A DNA stretch of 64,000 nt, taken from NCBI GenBank assembly GCA_038134595.1, contig JAYPVM010000001.1:4526-68525 (forward strand). Direction: 5' to 3'. This DNA is from Pseudomonadota bacterium. Its GTDB lineage: Bacteria; Bdellovibrionota_C; UBA2361; OMII01. The notes beneath the pieces are model-generated. The model did no database searches and was not told where the DNA came from. It saw only the letters and a program-made list of their open reading frames with translations. The position numbers and the translations under genes were made by a program. The first letter of the stretch is position 1. Every line of letters begins with the position of its first letter. Of this stretch, positions 1-9,970 are shown piece after piece.

Positions 1-392
1 TTATCACAAGTTAAAGCGCGCCAAATGCCTCCAACCAAACTCTAAGTACCCCTGCTAGCAATCCGATACAACACAACTACAAGCCGTTTCAAGCAGGAGG
101 AGAAAACCTCTATGTTGCCCCTCACCCTATTGAACAGAGCTAGACATCTCTGGATAAGCACTACATCATTACGGCTCACAGCCAATCTAGACGATTCGCC
201 GAATCCCAGTGTTAGATTCTCGTTCCTTATTCGCAAAACGAAGCTAAAAACAACACAGTAAGGTTGCGATCTATGCGAAATGGATCTGATCGTAAGCATA
301 GATCTAATCTTACTATTTGCTATGGGGTTACTTAGTATTCTAGTTTGCTATACTGATGTGCCCGGGTTTAGAGAAATACGTAGTGCCATAAT

Positions 393-2192
393 ATGTTTGG
401 AAGAAATAAGCCGTTGACTTTTAATCTTGCCGGTCAAGACCGTGCTCGCGCTGAGTTTTTTGAGGGACTAGAAAACGATTCACTTAAAGAGATCGCGTTC
501 TCAGCAGATGTAGTTAGCCGATTGATACTCTCTGGCAAAGTCAATAAAAAGGCAGTCATCGCCGCAATTACTGACAGCTATAAATCTCAGCACTCACCGC
601 TGGGCTATGGAACCAATCTAAAAATACTAACTGCTATCATGAAAGAGCTACCCCAAGCATTTCATGCATTAGAGGAGTTTATATCTGACACAAAAAAAAT
701 TGGATTTGATCAGACTACCGACGAAATAAATGAATTTCGTGAAATCTACGACTCAGAGATATCGCATGCGATTATAAATGAGGGACTTCTTCTTCAATAC
801 TGCGTGCCTCTCTCTCTAAGAACTCACGCCCAAGCGATTGCATCCGCCCTATGGGAAAACCTGCGGACATCTAGCTTCTTTGACGAAGGTCTCGCCGCTC
901 TCGAAGGCCACAACCCGCAGACAACTACCCTCTCCTCTACGCCGAATCATAAAATTATCAGCTTCGACCATCAACTGCTCTCAACTTTTTACTTCATAAG
1001 GCGCCTATGTAATGACGTCGCATTAAACGACGACGAGCCGCACCTTCAACTCAGAGGGCCTACGGCCTGGTCTCTTCGAGGTTTTGAAACACTACTCCTA
1101 CAACAATTCATTACACACTTTCCCTCAGGCACCTGGAACTCCTTACACGATCGCTACGCAGAGCTTGTGGATAAAGTTCGCTTTCAGGACTACACCCTTG
1201 ATGAATTAAAATCGATTGGAGAAAAAGTACGCTTCATGACATCGCTATCCCGGTGTTTAAAGGACGCTCACAACCTTCTTCAAGAGAAGGCTGTTCTTGC
1301 TCTCCAATACGCTCGCATTACCGAACTCAAAACAACAGGCAACACTGATTCTGCCTCCTCTTTTTTTAGGACAAATCCTCCACGATGTTCGATTACCGTA
1401 GATCTTCCCAACTTTCTAGACAGCGGAAGCACAATGCATGTTAGCTTGATGGGAACGATGCTTACCTTCCAGCTAATCAATACAGACGGCTCCTACGCTC
1501 TCAGGTGGACGCTCGATCAGGAAAACGGCCTACGATCTACATCTCGAGTATATCATGTGCCGTATACTCATGGAGATATTGCGATGTCGGCGGAAGAATT
1601 TGAAACTTGGAAGACAGATTTAATAAGGGTCTCCAACTCCGCAAGTGCCGGCCTCTATTCTTTTCTGGAGCAGTATCCAGGTCTCTATTCACAAGCATTT
1701 GATGATTCTACCCACGTATTCATTAATTCTGACGAGTTTGAAACAACATTTTCTTGCCAATCGTGCGATAGAGATACTCTTGAGACGGCGATACGTGAGG
1801 GATTAAAAGATACCGAGTGTGAGATATCGGAACAACAGGCTTCAGATAAAAAAGCAGCTTCTTCGTGGGTTGTCACCTTTCCCAATGGCTGTAAGGAGCT
1901 TGAACCCTCAGATGTGTCTTCTCCAGCCGCTCAAGGACTCGATGAGTACTTTGTGAGCCGCTATTGCAATGAGTACAGCGCTTTTGTGAGCCTCTTAAAA
2001 AAATGCGGGGTTACCGAGTCTATGGGGAAAGGTTCACATCAAGGATTAAACAGAAATGGCCACAAATACGTCACGAGTCAGCGCCTAAGAAACGGAGAGA
2101 TACTGCTTTCGCGCAGCATTATCGCCGATGTCTTAACAACACTAGACATTCCCGTAAATGACTTTATCAACCAGGCGAGTAAAGGCGTATAG
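393..2192 (+). CDS. Large hypothetical protein (599 aa), no recognisable domain
   Basis: Long uninterrupted ORF with an ATG start. I recognise no conserved motifs, so this is lineage-specific. Confidence 0.5.
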   Translation: MFGRNKPLTFNLAGQDRARAEFFEGLENDSLKEIAFSADVVSRLILSGKVNKKAVIAAITDSYKSQHSPLGYGTNLKILTAIMKELPQAFHALEEFISDTKKIGFDQTTDEINEFREIYDSEISHAIINEGLLLQYCVPLSLRTHAQAIASALWENLRTSSFFDEGLAALEGHNPQTTTLSSTPNHKIISFDHQLLSTFYFIRRLCNDVALNDDEPHLQLRGPTAWSLRGFETLLLQQFITHFPSGTWNSLHDRYAELVDKVRFQDYTLDELKSIGEKVRFMTSLSRCLKDAHNLLQEKAVLALQYARITELKTTGNTDSASSFFRTNPPRCSITVDLPNFLDSGSTMHVSLMGTMLTFQLINTDGSYALRWTLDQENGLRSTSRVYHVPYTHGDIAMSAEEFETWKTDLIRVSNSASAGLYSFLEQYPGLYSQAFDDSTHVFINSDEFETTFSCQSCDRDTLETAIREGLKDTECEISEQQASDKKAASSWVVTFPNGCKELEPSDVSSPAAQGLDEYFVSRYCNEYSAFVSLLKKCGVTESMGKGSHQGLNRNGHKYVTSQRLRNGEILLSRSIIADVLTTLDIPVNDFINQASKGV

Positions 2193-2206
2193 AACTAGAC
2201 GTTTAT

Positions 2207-3382
2207 CTAATTACTAGCCAACGCACCCTCAAGATCAGCCATTAAGTCCTCAATTGATTCAATCCCGACAGACAGTCGGATTAAACCATCAACAATTCCG
2301 GTTTTCTCTCGAATCTCTCGCGGAATAGATGCATGGGTCATTAAGGCAGGGTGTTCAATTAGGCTTTCAACTCCTCCTAAGCTTTCTGCTAACAGAAAGA
2401 CCTGCACGTTCTTTAAAAACCTTCGAGCAATTTCAATATCACCTTTTAAAACACACGATATCATTCCACCTCCAAGTCGCATCTGCTTTTGTGCTAGCTC
2501 AAACTGCGGATGACTTGGAAGCCCGGGATATATTACTCTTTCGACTTCCTTTCGTGTTTCAAGGAATGTAGCGATTGCTAACGCATTCGCAGAGCTCTGC
2601 TCCATACGAATAGCAAGTGTTTTTATTCCCCGTAAAATTAAGAAACAGTCAAAGGGACTAGGTACTACACCAATCGAATTCTGTAAGAATTGCAGTCTCT
2701 CACGAATTTCTTCGTTTGCTCCAACAACCGCAACGCCACCGATAACATCGGAGTGTCCATTGATGTACTTGGTAGCAGAATGAACTACCACTGAGAATCC
2801 ATACGAAAGCGGTTGCTGTAGATAGGGCGAGGCGAATGTATTATCGCAGACTGATATCAAACCTTTTTCTGAAGCAAACGCTGCTATCATCTCCAGATCC
2901 ACTAACTTAAGAAGTGGATTGGTTGGGGACTCAACCCAAATCATCTTTGTTTCTGGGCGCATTGCCGATTCTAATGAGCTTACCAATGTATCTGGATTTG
3001 AAAGGTCAACGTATGTGACCTGTAAGCCCATGCTGTGCTTTCGTACTCCTTCAAAGAGCCGATAGGTCCCGCCGTAGAGATCATCTCCGGCTATAATGTG
3101 AGAGTTTGCAGGAAGCAGCTCCAAAACAGCGCTCGCTGCCGCCAAGCCACTTGAAAATGCGAATGCTGCTTTACCGCTTTCAAGACTTGCAACACAATCC
3201 TCATAAGCATATCGGGTCGGATTGTGTGAGCGCGCGTAGTCAAAGCCTTTGTGCTCTCCCGGCCCAGCTTGCGCATAGGTAGAGGTAGCAAAAATCGGCG
3301 GTATTACAGCTCCCGTTGTTGCTTCAGGCTCCTGTCCCACATGTAACGCTCTTGTTGCAAAGCCCCGCTTATCCTCGCCCAC
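2207..3382 (-). CDS. Cys/Met-metabolism PLP-dependent enzyme (cystathionine gamma-synthase / beta-lyase / methionine gamma-lyase family)
   Basis: The N-terminal RALHVGQEPE...GAVIPPI and the PLP-lysine motif SATKYINGHSDVIGG are typical of MetB/MetC/MGL-family enzymes. AGAGGAG Shine-Dalgarno sits upstream of the ATG. Confidence 0.8.
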   Translation of the reverse strand: MGEDKRGFATRALHVGQEPEATTGAVIPPIFATSTYAQAGPGEHKGFDYARSHNPTRYAYEDCVASLESGKAAFAFSSGLAAASAVLELLPANSHIIAGDDLYGGTYRLFEGVRKHSMGLQVTYVDLSNPDTLVSSLESAMRPETKMIWVESPTNPLLKLVDLEMIAAFASEKGLISVCDNTFASPYLQQPLSYGFSVVVHSATKYINGHSDVIGGVAVVGANEEIRERLQFLQNSIGVVPSPFDCFLILRGIKTLAIRMEQSSANALAIATFLETRKEVERVIYPGLPSHPQFELAQKQMRLGGGMISCVLKGDIEIARRFLKNVQVFLLAESLGGVESLIEHPALMTHASIPREIREKTGIVDGLIRLSVGIESIEDLMADLEGALASN

Positions 3383-3546
3383 GTGTCTCTCCTCTTTTTA
3401 CTAACCTTTAGATAAACTCTACCTGAAAGAGTAGCATGGTGACCATATGAAAATCTCATGGCGACAATTAGCCATCGGATAGATTCTGGCGTGCAGATAT
3501 GAAGTATACTGTGGTATTGTAGTTACGAGTTGTTCGGAATTCCGCC

Positions 3547-3846
3547 ATGAAAAACCTCTTTTGCTCACTAGCTCTCAACCTGGTTGCTCTACCACTGGCA
3601 AGTGCAGAGCAGCTTTTCATAACGATGCATACCGCTCCTATCGAGAATTACTGCACAGCATGTATTGTATCAAAGGAGCGACTCAGAAAAGCAGGGCTAA
3701 AATTTAGAGTTATTCTTGAACCCAAGGGTCCTTGGCCTTGGTTTAAGCTAACCGATCAGCAAGGAAATCAGGAGACAATTCACGGCACACTCACTGAACA
3801 AGACGTGGAGAAGATAAAGCAAGGTAAATTTCCTCGCAATCAATAG
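3547..3846 (+). CDS. Small secreted protein with a CxxC motif (possible thioredoxin/glutaredoxin-like fold)
   Basis: N-terminal signal peptide (LALNLVALPLASA). The YCTACIVSKERLRKAGLKF segment resembles a glutaredoxin-like CxxC active-site region. Weak call. Confidence 0.35.
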   Translation: MKNLFCSLALNLVALPLASAEQLFITMHTAPIENYCTACIVSKERLRKAGLKFRVILEPKGPWPWFKLTDQQGNQETIHGTLTEQDVEKIKQGKFPRNQ

Positions 3847-3861
3847 CTCTCGCGAGTCTTT

Positions 3862-5595
3862 TTATGATTTGAGGGTAAACCGATACCTTCCGCCGATATA
3901 AAAAGCTGTGCCCGGCTCTACAGTTTCAGACTTCTCAAGGGGCCTAAATACACCTCTGTCATCTTGTACAAATACGTTCCCTTGTCTCGTCGGATTTTGA
4001 GATGGCTCCAGAGTAAATTTCCCATTAGCGTGACGCATCAAAAAACACTCGACATCACCTAACGCATCGAAATCCTGTTGGAATAAGCCATTTACTTCTT
4101 CGCTCAAAAATAATTCTTTACCAATCGCAATCCACTCATCGAACCGACTAGTTTGGATAGCACGATTCAATTGCTCTTGCTGTTCTTCGGTTTGCTCGCC
4201 TTTTAGAAGAGCCAAAGCTTCGTGTCGTACATCGTAGCGATCCAAAAAGCTATCGGGAAGCTCTACACCTCTCTCTTGAAGATAAACTGCTACATCTGCC
4301 TCACTTGAAATATTAATTTCGTTACTACTAGGTAAAAAGCTCATCATGTTTTGTAATGAAGATGCATCACCACCATTGATGTGTTGCAAAACATGTATGT
4401 ATTCCTCTGCAAGTAACAGGGACAAGCCTTTTTGCCAGGCCTGCAAATTAATTTCTTGCTCCTCATTCTCAGGAACAACTCCTCTCTCCAGGAGGCCTGC
4501 TGCGAGAATCAGTTCTTTGCGTTCTGGAATTAGCCAGGAATTTCCTGCTACAAATTCCAGGGCTCGATCAAGCAATTCTTTATCCAAAGAATTGACAAAA
4601 AATACTCTCGCCTCTTGAAATCTAGACCCGAGAGATTCGAGGAGATCCTGTTGCATAAAAAGAGCTATTGCCTCTGTGTACTTTTGCTGGTTTATGAGGC
4701 TCACCCCCCTGTCGATCTGAGCCTCTACGAGGCTATAGCTAGCCGCTGGTGCAACCGAAATAAGCTCTGCAACACTTTGTTGGAGAGCTTCTCCCTTAAA
4801 CATACTGACCGAATAAAACGACTGCTCCTCAAGGCTGTTCCTAGGGTGCGGAACACGAATCTGCATTCCTCCAGCCTCCACAACACTACCCGCTACAAAC
4901 CGTTTACCGACAACAGGTGTTGACTGTTCTCCATGTATAACAGACACGGGTTTGTCTGCTGGCACACCAAGGGATAACGCAATCGCCATCGAAAACGATC
5001 CATCCTCACGAAACTCCTTTCGCACGACCTCAGCAGTTACGTGCTGGCGACTCACATTTAGCGGTAACGAATCAACAACAGCTCTTCCAAGAATAAGCAC
5101 ATCACCCTGCTCGGCATAGGCTAAATGTGCCTCTAATCCTTGAGTGCCATTAAGTCGTGCATTTTTTTGTCTGGGATCAGGGAGCCCCTCCTGCGAATCT
5201 GGAATTCGAAACACGCACTGCTCACTTAATCTTACAAAATCCCCTGAGCTGAGTGTTATTGCGTATTCCAACGGCTTTTGTGAATGAAATCCATGTTCAG
5301 TAGAAGATACGTACGTATTGTTTCTGGGAGGGAGACCCGCGGTGACTACATATCCACTAGAAGTCGCCTTAAAAGAGACTAACGGCTTACATCCATGCTG
5401 CACAAATTGGCTCTTTTCTTGATGCAACCCTCCCTCTGTGTCTACAAACAATTCCTCTCCAGGATTTAGATTTTTGAGAGCATCTTCTATCCTATCTTTG
5501 GTAGACAGTGCTGAAACCGCTCCAGCATTACTAGGAACGGTTCTAAAAAATCTCCCCGTCTCCCTATTTGAAAAAGATTGAATACTTGACGGCAT
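3862..5595 (-). CDS. Large hypothetical protein (about 577 aa) with a possible FHA-like segment
   Basis: The first ATG at 5637 has no ribosome-binding site. The ATG at 5595 is preceded by a perfect AAGGAGG 7 nt upstream, so I start the gene there (MPSSIQSF...). The segment LILGRAVVDSLPLNVSRQHV resembles the GR...SRxH part of an FHA domain, but the rest of the domain is not convincing. Confidence 0.55.
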   Translation of the reverse strand: MPSSIQSFSNRETGRFFRTVPSNAGAVSALSTKDRIEDALKNLNPGEELFVDTEGGLHQEKSQFVQHGCKPLVSFKATSSGYVVTAGLPPRNNTYVSSTEHGFHSQKPLEYAITLSSGDFVRLSEQCVFRIPDSQEGLPDPRQKNARLNGTQGLEAHLAYAEQGDVLILGRAVVDSLPLNVSRQHVTAEVVRKEFREDGSFSMAIALSLGVPADKPVSVIHGEQSTPVVGKRFVAGSVVEAGGMQIRVPHPRNSLEEQSFYSVSMFKGEALQQSVAELISVAPAASYSLVEAQIDRGVSLINQQKYTEAIALFMQQDLLESLGSRFQEARVFFVNSLDKELLDRALEFVAGNSWLIPERKELILAAGLLERGVVPENEEQEINLQAWQKGLSLLLAEEYIHVLQHINGGDASSLQNMMSFLPSSNEINISSEADVAVYLQERGVELPDSFLDRYDVRHEALALLKGEQTEEQQEQLNRAIQTSRFDEWIAIGKELFLSEEVNGLFQQDFDALGDVECFLMRHANGKFTLEPSQNPTRQGNVFVQDDRGVFRPLEKSETVEPGTAFYIGGRYRFTLKS

Positions 5596-5777
5596 GTAGA
5601 AACCTCCTTGATTCTCGCTTGATTGTGGGCAAACCAAGCTCTAGGTTTGTAACTCTCTAAAGAATACCATATCGCTTACTTGCTACTGTTATGATTATCT
5701 CCTGTGACGACGTGCTCTTAGCGACAACAACAACTTATGCTATTAAAATGGGATTATAAAAGCATAAGTTCAGGTGT

Positions 5778-7310
5778 TTACCGGCCGTATAAGCTAAAGC
5801 CTTCAATGATTCTTAGCCGCTTTGCGCCCTGCTTTCGCACCGCTCTCTCAAGAGGCGTTGTACGCCCTTTGCCGATAAATAGAGCATATACGTCCAAGGA
5901 TCCGTTTGCATAAGACGCTAAAACCCTTTTTCGAGACATGATATGTCTCTGCTCCTGCTCTTCATCACTCATACTTTGGTAACTCGCCCACGTATGTCCA
6001 AATTGATTCTCCGTTCCTGACAAGGCATCCGAATCGGTTTCTAAAAGGTATCCAGGCCACGAGGCAAAAACAGGTTTACCTGAACTGTTATTCTCATCGA
6101 TTAGCTTGGAAACCTTTGATACAAATTCTAGCCTCCATGCCCTACTGTTGTGCGTGCCAACTCCGATAACATCATCACCCGTTATCAAAAATCTCGTAAA
6201 ATCTTTTTGCCCTTCTAAGGAATAAAGAGTCACACTAGTGATGATAAGTACCACAATCAAAACACCTTGAAACCGCTCCTTTGAGAGTATTTGAGAGATC
6301 CCCTGTGAGAGCCACACAAGACCGCTTGCACTAAATGGCACAAGCAGCATGACAAACGGACTAAAGTACTGTAGATACGCAGGCTCAGGTAACAAGCTAA
6401 TCGCAAACAAAACCACTACAACAAGGGCATAAGGCCACCAGAGCACAACAGTTCGACGCGAATACAGCGCACCGAACAGCGCAGCTATACCGAGCATAAG
6501 CACCTGATATCCTCCCATGCCTGCGCCTTTTTTGAATCCAAAAAGTACATTCGTTAAGCGCCATCGTTTTCTGGCAAAAATTGCATCGCTTAAATTCGAT
6601 CGTTGTTGGTGGTATACCCAGTTATCTTGAAAAAAATTGAACGGATCTCCAATATAAAACAACACCGCCAGTGCTACTGATGGAATCACACCAAAAACCA
6701 GAGACGTCAACTGTCTACGATACTCTGTCCATGTTTGACCGGTTGGAATCAAAAGAAGCAGCCCTAGCGGCGCGTAGGTGAGTCGAGTCAACACGCACAG
6801 TCCCATGCAAAACGCAGCCCATCCTGTCCGCTTCCTAATGAGTCCCAAATACAACGCTAACAATAAAAGAAATGTAGCGACCACAGTGTTTTTAGCTATC
6901 GGCATCCACGCCTGAATGCCAACTGACACCGAGAAAATCGGCATCGCTACGAAAGCCGCCCATCTGCCAAAATAAGCGCGCGTAAATAAAAAGATGAGAA
7001 CCCCACAGCCGATAGTACACAGAGCCGCAAACACTCTTGCCGAAAGCCAAGAGAACTCGGTTACGCTCATCCAGGCACCGAAGATATATGGCGACAGAGG
7101 AGCCTGAGGAAAAAAGAAATCGCGGTACGGCACCTGACCTTTTGCGACTAACTTGGCGGCGTATAGATAAAACCCCTCGTCTCTGGCTATGAACCTCTCA
7201 AAAGCCACGTGGCACGTAACCCCGACAAGCATTCCAAATGCTCCAAGATACCCAAGTATCACTAAGAGGCTATTTCCTCCATTTCGACTGTTGTGATTAA
7301 CACTCATCAT
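5778..7310 (-). CDS. GT-C family membrane glycosyltransferase (ArnT/PMT-like, GT39/GT83-type)
   Basis: More than 10 predicted TM helices. The N-terminal DEGFYLYAA...PYRDFFFPQAPL motif is characteristic of ArnT/PMT-type lipid-linked glycosyltransferases. Confidence 0.65.
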   Translation of the reverse strand: MMSVNHNSRNGGNSLLVILGYLGAFGMLVGVTCHVAFERFIARDEGFYLYAAKLVAKGQVPYRDFFFPQAPLSPYIFGAWMSVTEFSWLSARVFAALCTIGCGVLIFLFTRAYFGRWAAFVAMPIFSVSVGIQAWMPIAKNTVVATFLLLLALYLGLIRKRTGWAAFCMGLCVLTRLTYAPLGLLLLIPTGQTWTEYRRQLTSLVFGVIPSVALAVLFYIGDPFNFFQDNWVYHQQRSNLSDAIFARKRWRLTNVLFGFKKGAGMGGYQVLMLGIAALFGALYSRRTVVLWWPYALVVVVLFAISLLPEPAYLQYFSPFVMLLVPFSASGLVWLSQGISQILSKERFQGVLIVVLIITSVTLYSLEGQKDFTRFLITGDDVIGVGTHNSRAWRLEFVSKVSKLIDENNSSGKPVFASWPGYLLETDSDALSGTENQFGHTWASYQSMSDEEQEQRHIMSRKRVLASYANGSLDVYALFIGKGRTTPLERAVRKQGAKRLRIIEGFSLYGR

Positions 7311-7529
7311 GTAACGGCCATTACGACAGAATTATTAGGGCTACTCCATTGGCTGGTCGCCACATCGTAGCCACAGACGGCACGCAGCTCAAGGGCATAT
7401 AGCCCAGAGTGGAGAAGGGACTCTCGGCACCAAGCCATGCCCCGTAGCCAGTTGCAAACCCACGCCTTTCCTGCCTAAACTCAGAAGGCGAGCGCCGTTC
7501 AAGCGTTTCGGCTTAAAATCTACTGTACT

Positions 7530-8957
7530 ATGAATAAGCACGCTCTAAAATACGGCCTCTTCACTAACGGGGACTTCTTCAGATTTCGTTTAATCGCGGT
7601 TCTTACACTCTCGCTAGTCATGGTGATGATGGGCACCATACAAGGTTGTACGTCCTCTAAATCCTCGACATCTAAGGATACCGGTAACACCATTGTTTTG
7701 GTAGTCATCGACACCGTCGGCTACAACCGTGTCCTAGAGAATCAAGAGCAAGCGCCTTTTATGCGATCTCTTACTCGCTCATCAGCCATATTTACCAACG
7801 CTTTTTCAACCGCGCCGTGGACGAAACCCTCCATTGCATCAATTATCACTGGAGTTTATCCCCTCGGCCACGGTGTGACCCATCCTCGGTCAAGAATCAA
7901 GAAGTCCGTACCGACGATGGCTGAGATATTTCGAGAACGAGGTTACGCCACCGGCGGCGTAGTGAGTCACGTTTTTCTGGCCCCTCGAACCGACTATAAA
8001 CGAGGCTTTGATAGCTACCGGTTGACCTCTTTTAAGGGGCACGTTCACGACTCAATCACTGCCGAGCAGGTCACCACTATGGGGCTTGAATGGCTGAAAA
8101 ACGAACAGAATAAGGGCACTAAGAATAAGCTCCTGTTCCTTCACTACTTCGATCCACACTACAACTACAAACATCATCAAGAATTTGATCGAACCAGTTG
8201 GTATAAGGGCTCTCTCTCTGACTCCATGAACTTCGGAGAGTTTAAGAAACGAAAAGATTCGCTGACCTCAGAAGACTTGCGCTACATCAAAGGCCTCTAC
8301 GAAGAAGAAGTTTTAGAGACAGACAAGGAGCTCAAGCGACTTTATAAAGGTATTACGGACCTTAAACTAAAAAACGAAACCACTTTTATCATAACAGCTG
8401 ATCATGGCGAGGCATTCAAAGATCACAACCATCTTGGTCATGGATACCAGCTCTACAACGAACTAGTTCATGTGCCCCTTATCGTTCATGCGCCATCTCG
8501 AATCGGGGCACAGACCATTAATTCAGTTGTTTCCACAATGGACATCCTGCCTACGTTACTTGATTTAACAGGAAACAAAGACAAGAGTGCTCAGATGCAC
8601 GGAGTATCGTTTGCTCCAGCCTTAGTAGGAAAAGCGCCAACGGAAAAAAGCTCGCGAGTCGTTGTTTCCGAGCTTCAGTATCATGCAAATCATATTAGCG
8701 GTGTGCTGTGGCCTTGGAAGGCTATTTTCAATAAAGACGATGGGAACTGGCAGTTCTTTAACTTAGAAAGAGATCCTGTCGAGCAAAAACCTCTCATAGT
8801 GGTAGATATTCCAAACGCTATTACCGACACCTTACGAACCGCGATAGAATCCTATGACTCTGGCGAACTCGTATCACATTCAGAGGAGAAGGAATCTGAA
8901 ATTGAATATACCGCCGAAGAGCTAGAGGTTCTCAAGACCCTTGGTTATGCAATGTAA
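7530..8957 (+). CDS. Sulfatase-like hydrolase/transferase (alkaline-phosphatase superfamily), lipoprotein
   Basis: Lipoprotein signal with lipobox (TIQGCTSS). Alkaline-phosphatase-superfamily motifs are present: VLVVIDTVGYN, SIITGVYPLGHGV and ITADHGEAF...GHG. The canonical CxPSR formylglycine motif is absent (STAPWTKPS instead), so the nucleophile may be Ser/Thr as in phosphoethanolamine/phosphoglycerol transferases. Confidence 0.65.
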   Translation: MNKHALKYGLFTNGDFFRFRLIAVLTLSLVMVMMGTIQGCTSSKSSTSKDTGNTIVLVVIDTVGYNRVLENQEQAPFMRSLTRSSAIFTNAFSTAPWTKPSIASIITGVYPLGHGVTHPRSRIKKSVPTMAEIFRERGYATGGVVSHVFLAPRTDYKRGFDSYRLTSFKGHVHDSITAEQVTTMGLEWLKNEQNKGTKNKLLFLHYFDPHYNYKHHQEFDRTSWYKGSLSDSMNFGEFKKRKDSLTSEDLRYIKGLYEEEVLETDKELKRLYKGITDLKLKNETTFIITADHGEAFKDHNHLGHGYQLYNELVHVPLIVHAPSRIGAQTINSVVSTMDILPTLLDLTGNKDKSAQMHGVSFAPALVGKAPTEKSSRVVVSELQYHANHISGVLWPWKAIFNKDDGNWQFFNLERDPVEQKPLIVVDIPNAITDTLRTAIESYDSGELVSHSEEKESEIEYTAEELEVLKTLGYAM

Positions 8958-9032
8958 TTGAGGAGAGTCTCATTCATCCTTGTCCAGATTTTGTGATAGC
9001 ATCCCATTGAACATCCAGATATCATACGCAGT

Positions 9033-9665
9033 ATGACCCGTAGCCTACTATCTTTGTGTGCGCTTCTTGTTTGCATCTCTACGAGCTTTGCTCACCCTGT
9101 ATCGTTTACTGATGGCAAAGTTTTACAAGCCTGGATTCAGCCTAAACGAGCAGATATTAAACTAAACTATACACTAAAGAATAATCTGGCTGTTGGTGTC
9201 TCCGCTACATCAATAGAGCGACAAAAGAAGCGGTATAATTTCACCTATGCTCAGGGGAATGTTCTTCTCAAAAGGTGGAATATGGAGCAGGCGCAAGCGA
9301 ATCTCTACACTTCGCTTGGTGTTGGAGGGCGTTCAGGTGATGCGGGTCCGAGCATTGTTGGATATGCTGGCGTGCAAGCAGATTACGAAACTCGACGAGT
9401 TTATACACTCTTTGCTGCAGATACACTTCGCTCAAAAGAGCTTGCGGGATTCACTCGTTTTAAGTACCGGTTCGGGCTTTCCCCGTACCTTGCAGGATAC
9501 GATTCGGTCCAAACCTGGCTAGTGACCCAAGTGGATCATATGCCGACTATGGATGATGAGTGGATGATTACTCCGCTTATTCGATTATTCTACAAGAACT
9601 ATTTATTTGAAGCTGGTAGTAGCACCGAAGGGCAAGTATTCATACAAGGCATGATTCACTTTTAA
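9033..9665 (+). CDS. Putative small outer-membrane beta-barrel protein
   Basis: Signal peptide (cleavage after SFA). Alternating hydrophobic pattern and a C-terminal Phe (GMIHF) are typical of outer-membrane proteins. Size is OmpW-like. Confidence 0.4.
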   Translation: MTRSLLSLCALLVCISTSFAHPVSFTDGKVLQAWIQPKRADIKLNYTLKNNLAVGVSATSIERQKKRYNFTYAQGNVLLKRWNMEQAQANLYTSLGVGGRSGDAGPSIVGYAGVQADYETRRVYTLFAADTLRSKELAGFTRFKYRFGLSPYLAGYDSVQTWLVTQVDHMPTMDDEWMITPLIRLFYKNYLFEAGSSTEGQVFIQGMIHF

Positions 9666-9678
9666 GGAGAAATTTTAC

Positions 9679-9963
9679 ATGAAAACCTTACTACTACTTA
9701 TCGCCTCTCTGATAATCCCTCTCGGGAGCATACACGCAGAGACAATTGATATTACAGTAAATGGAATGGTGTGCTCGTTCTGTGCGCAAGGCATAGAAAA
9801 GAAGATAAAGAAAATAGGCGCAGTTAGCACCATAACCGTAGATATGGATACTAAAGTGGTCACGATTATTACCAAAGACAAGCAAACTATTCCCGATGAG
9901 ACACTCAGGAAAATCATTGTTGATTCAGGTTTTGCGATAAAAGATATTACACACAGGGAGTAA
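9679..9963 (+). CDS. Periplasmic heavy-metal-associated (HMA) domain protein, MerP-like
   Basis: Signal peptide followed by the GMVCSFCAQGIEKKI metal-binding motif (GMxCxxC). Strong AAGGAGA ribosome-binding site. Confidence 0.8.
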   Translation: MKTLLLLIASLIIPLGSIHAETIDITVNGMVCSFCAQGIEKKIKKIGAVSTITVDMDTKVVTIITKDKQTIPDETLRKIIVDSGFAIKDITHRE

Positions 9964-9970
9964 CCAATTA

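Noticed and set aside
42-299. 85-aa minus-strand ORF at the window start.
   Set aside because: No RBS, no motif, and it sits in the probable promoter region of the 393..2192 gene. Probably non-coding.
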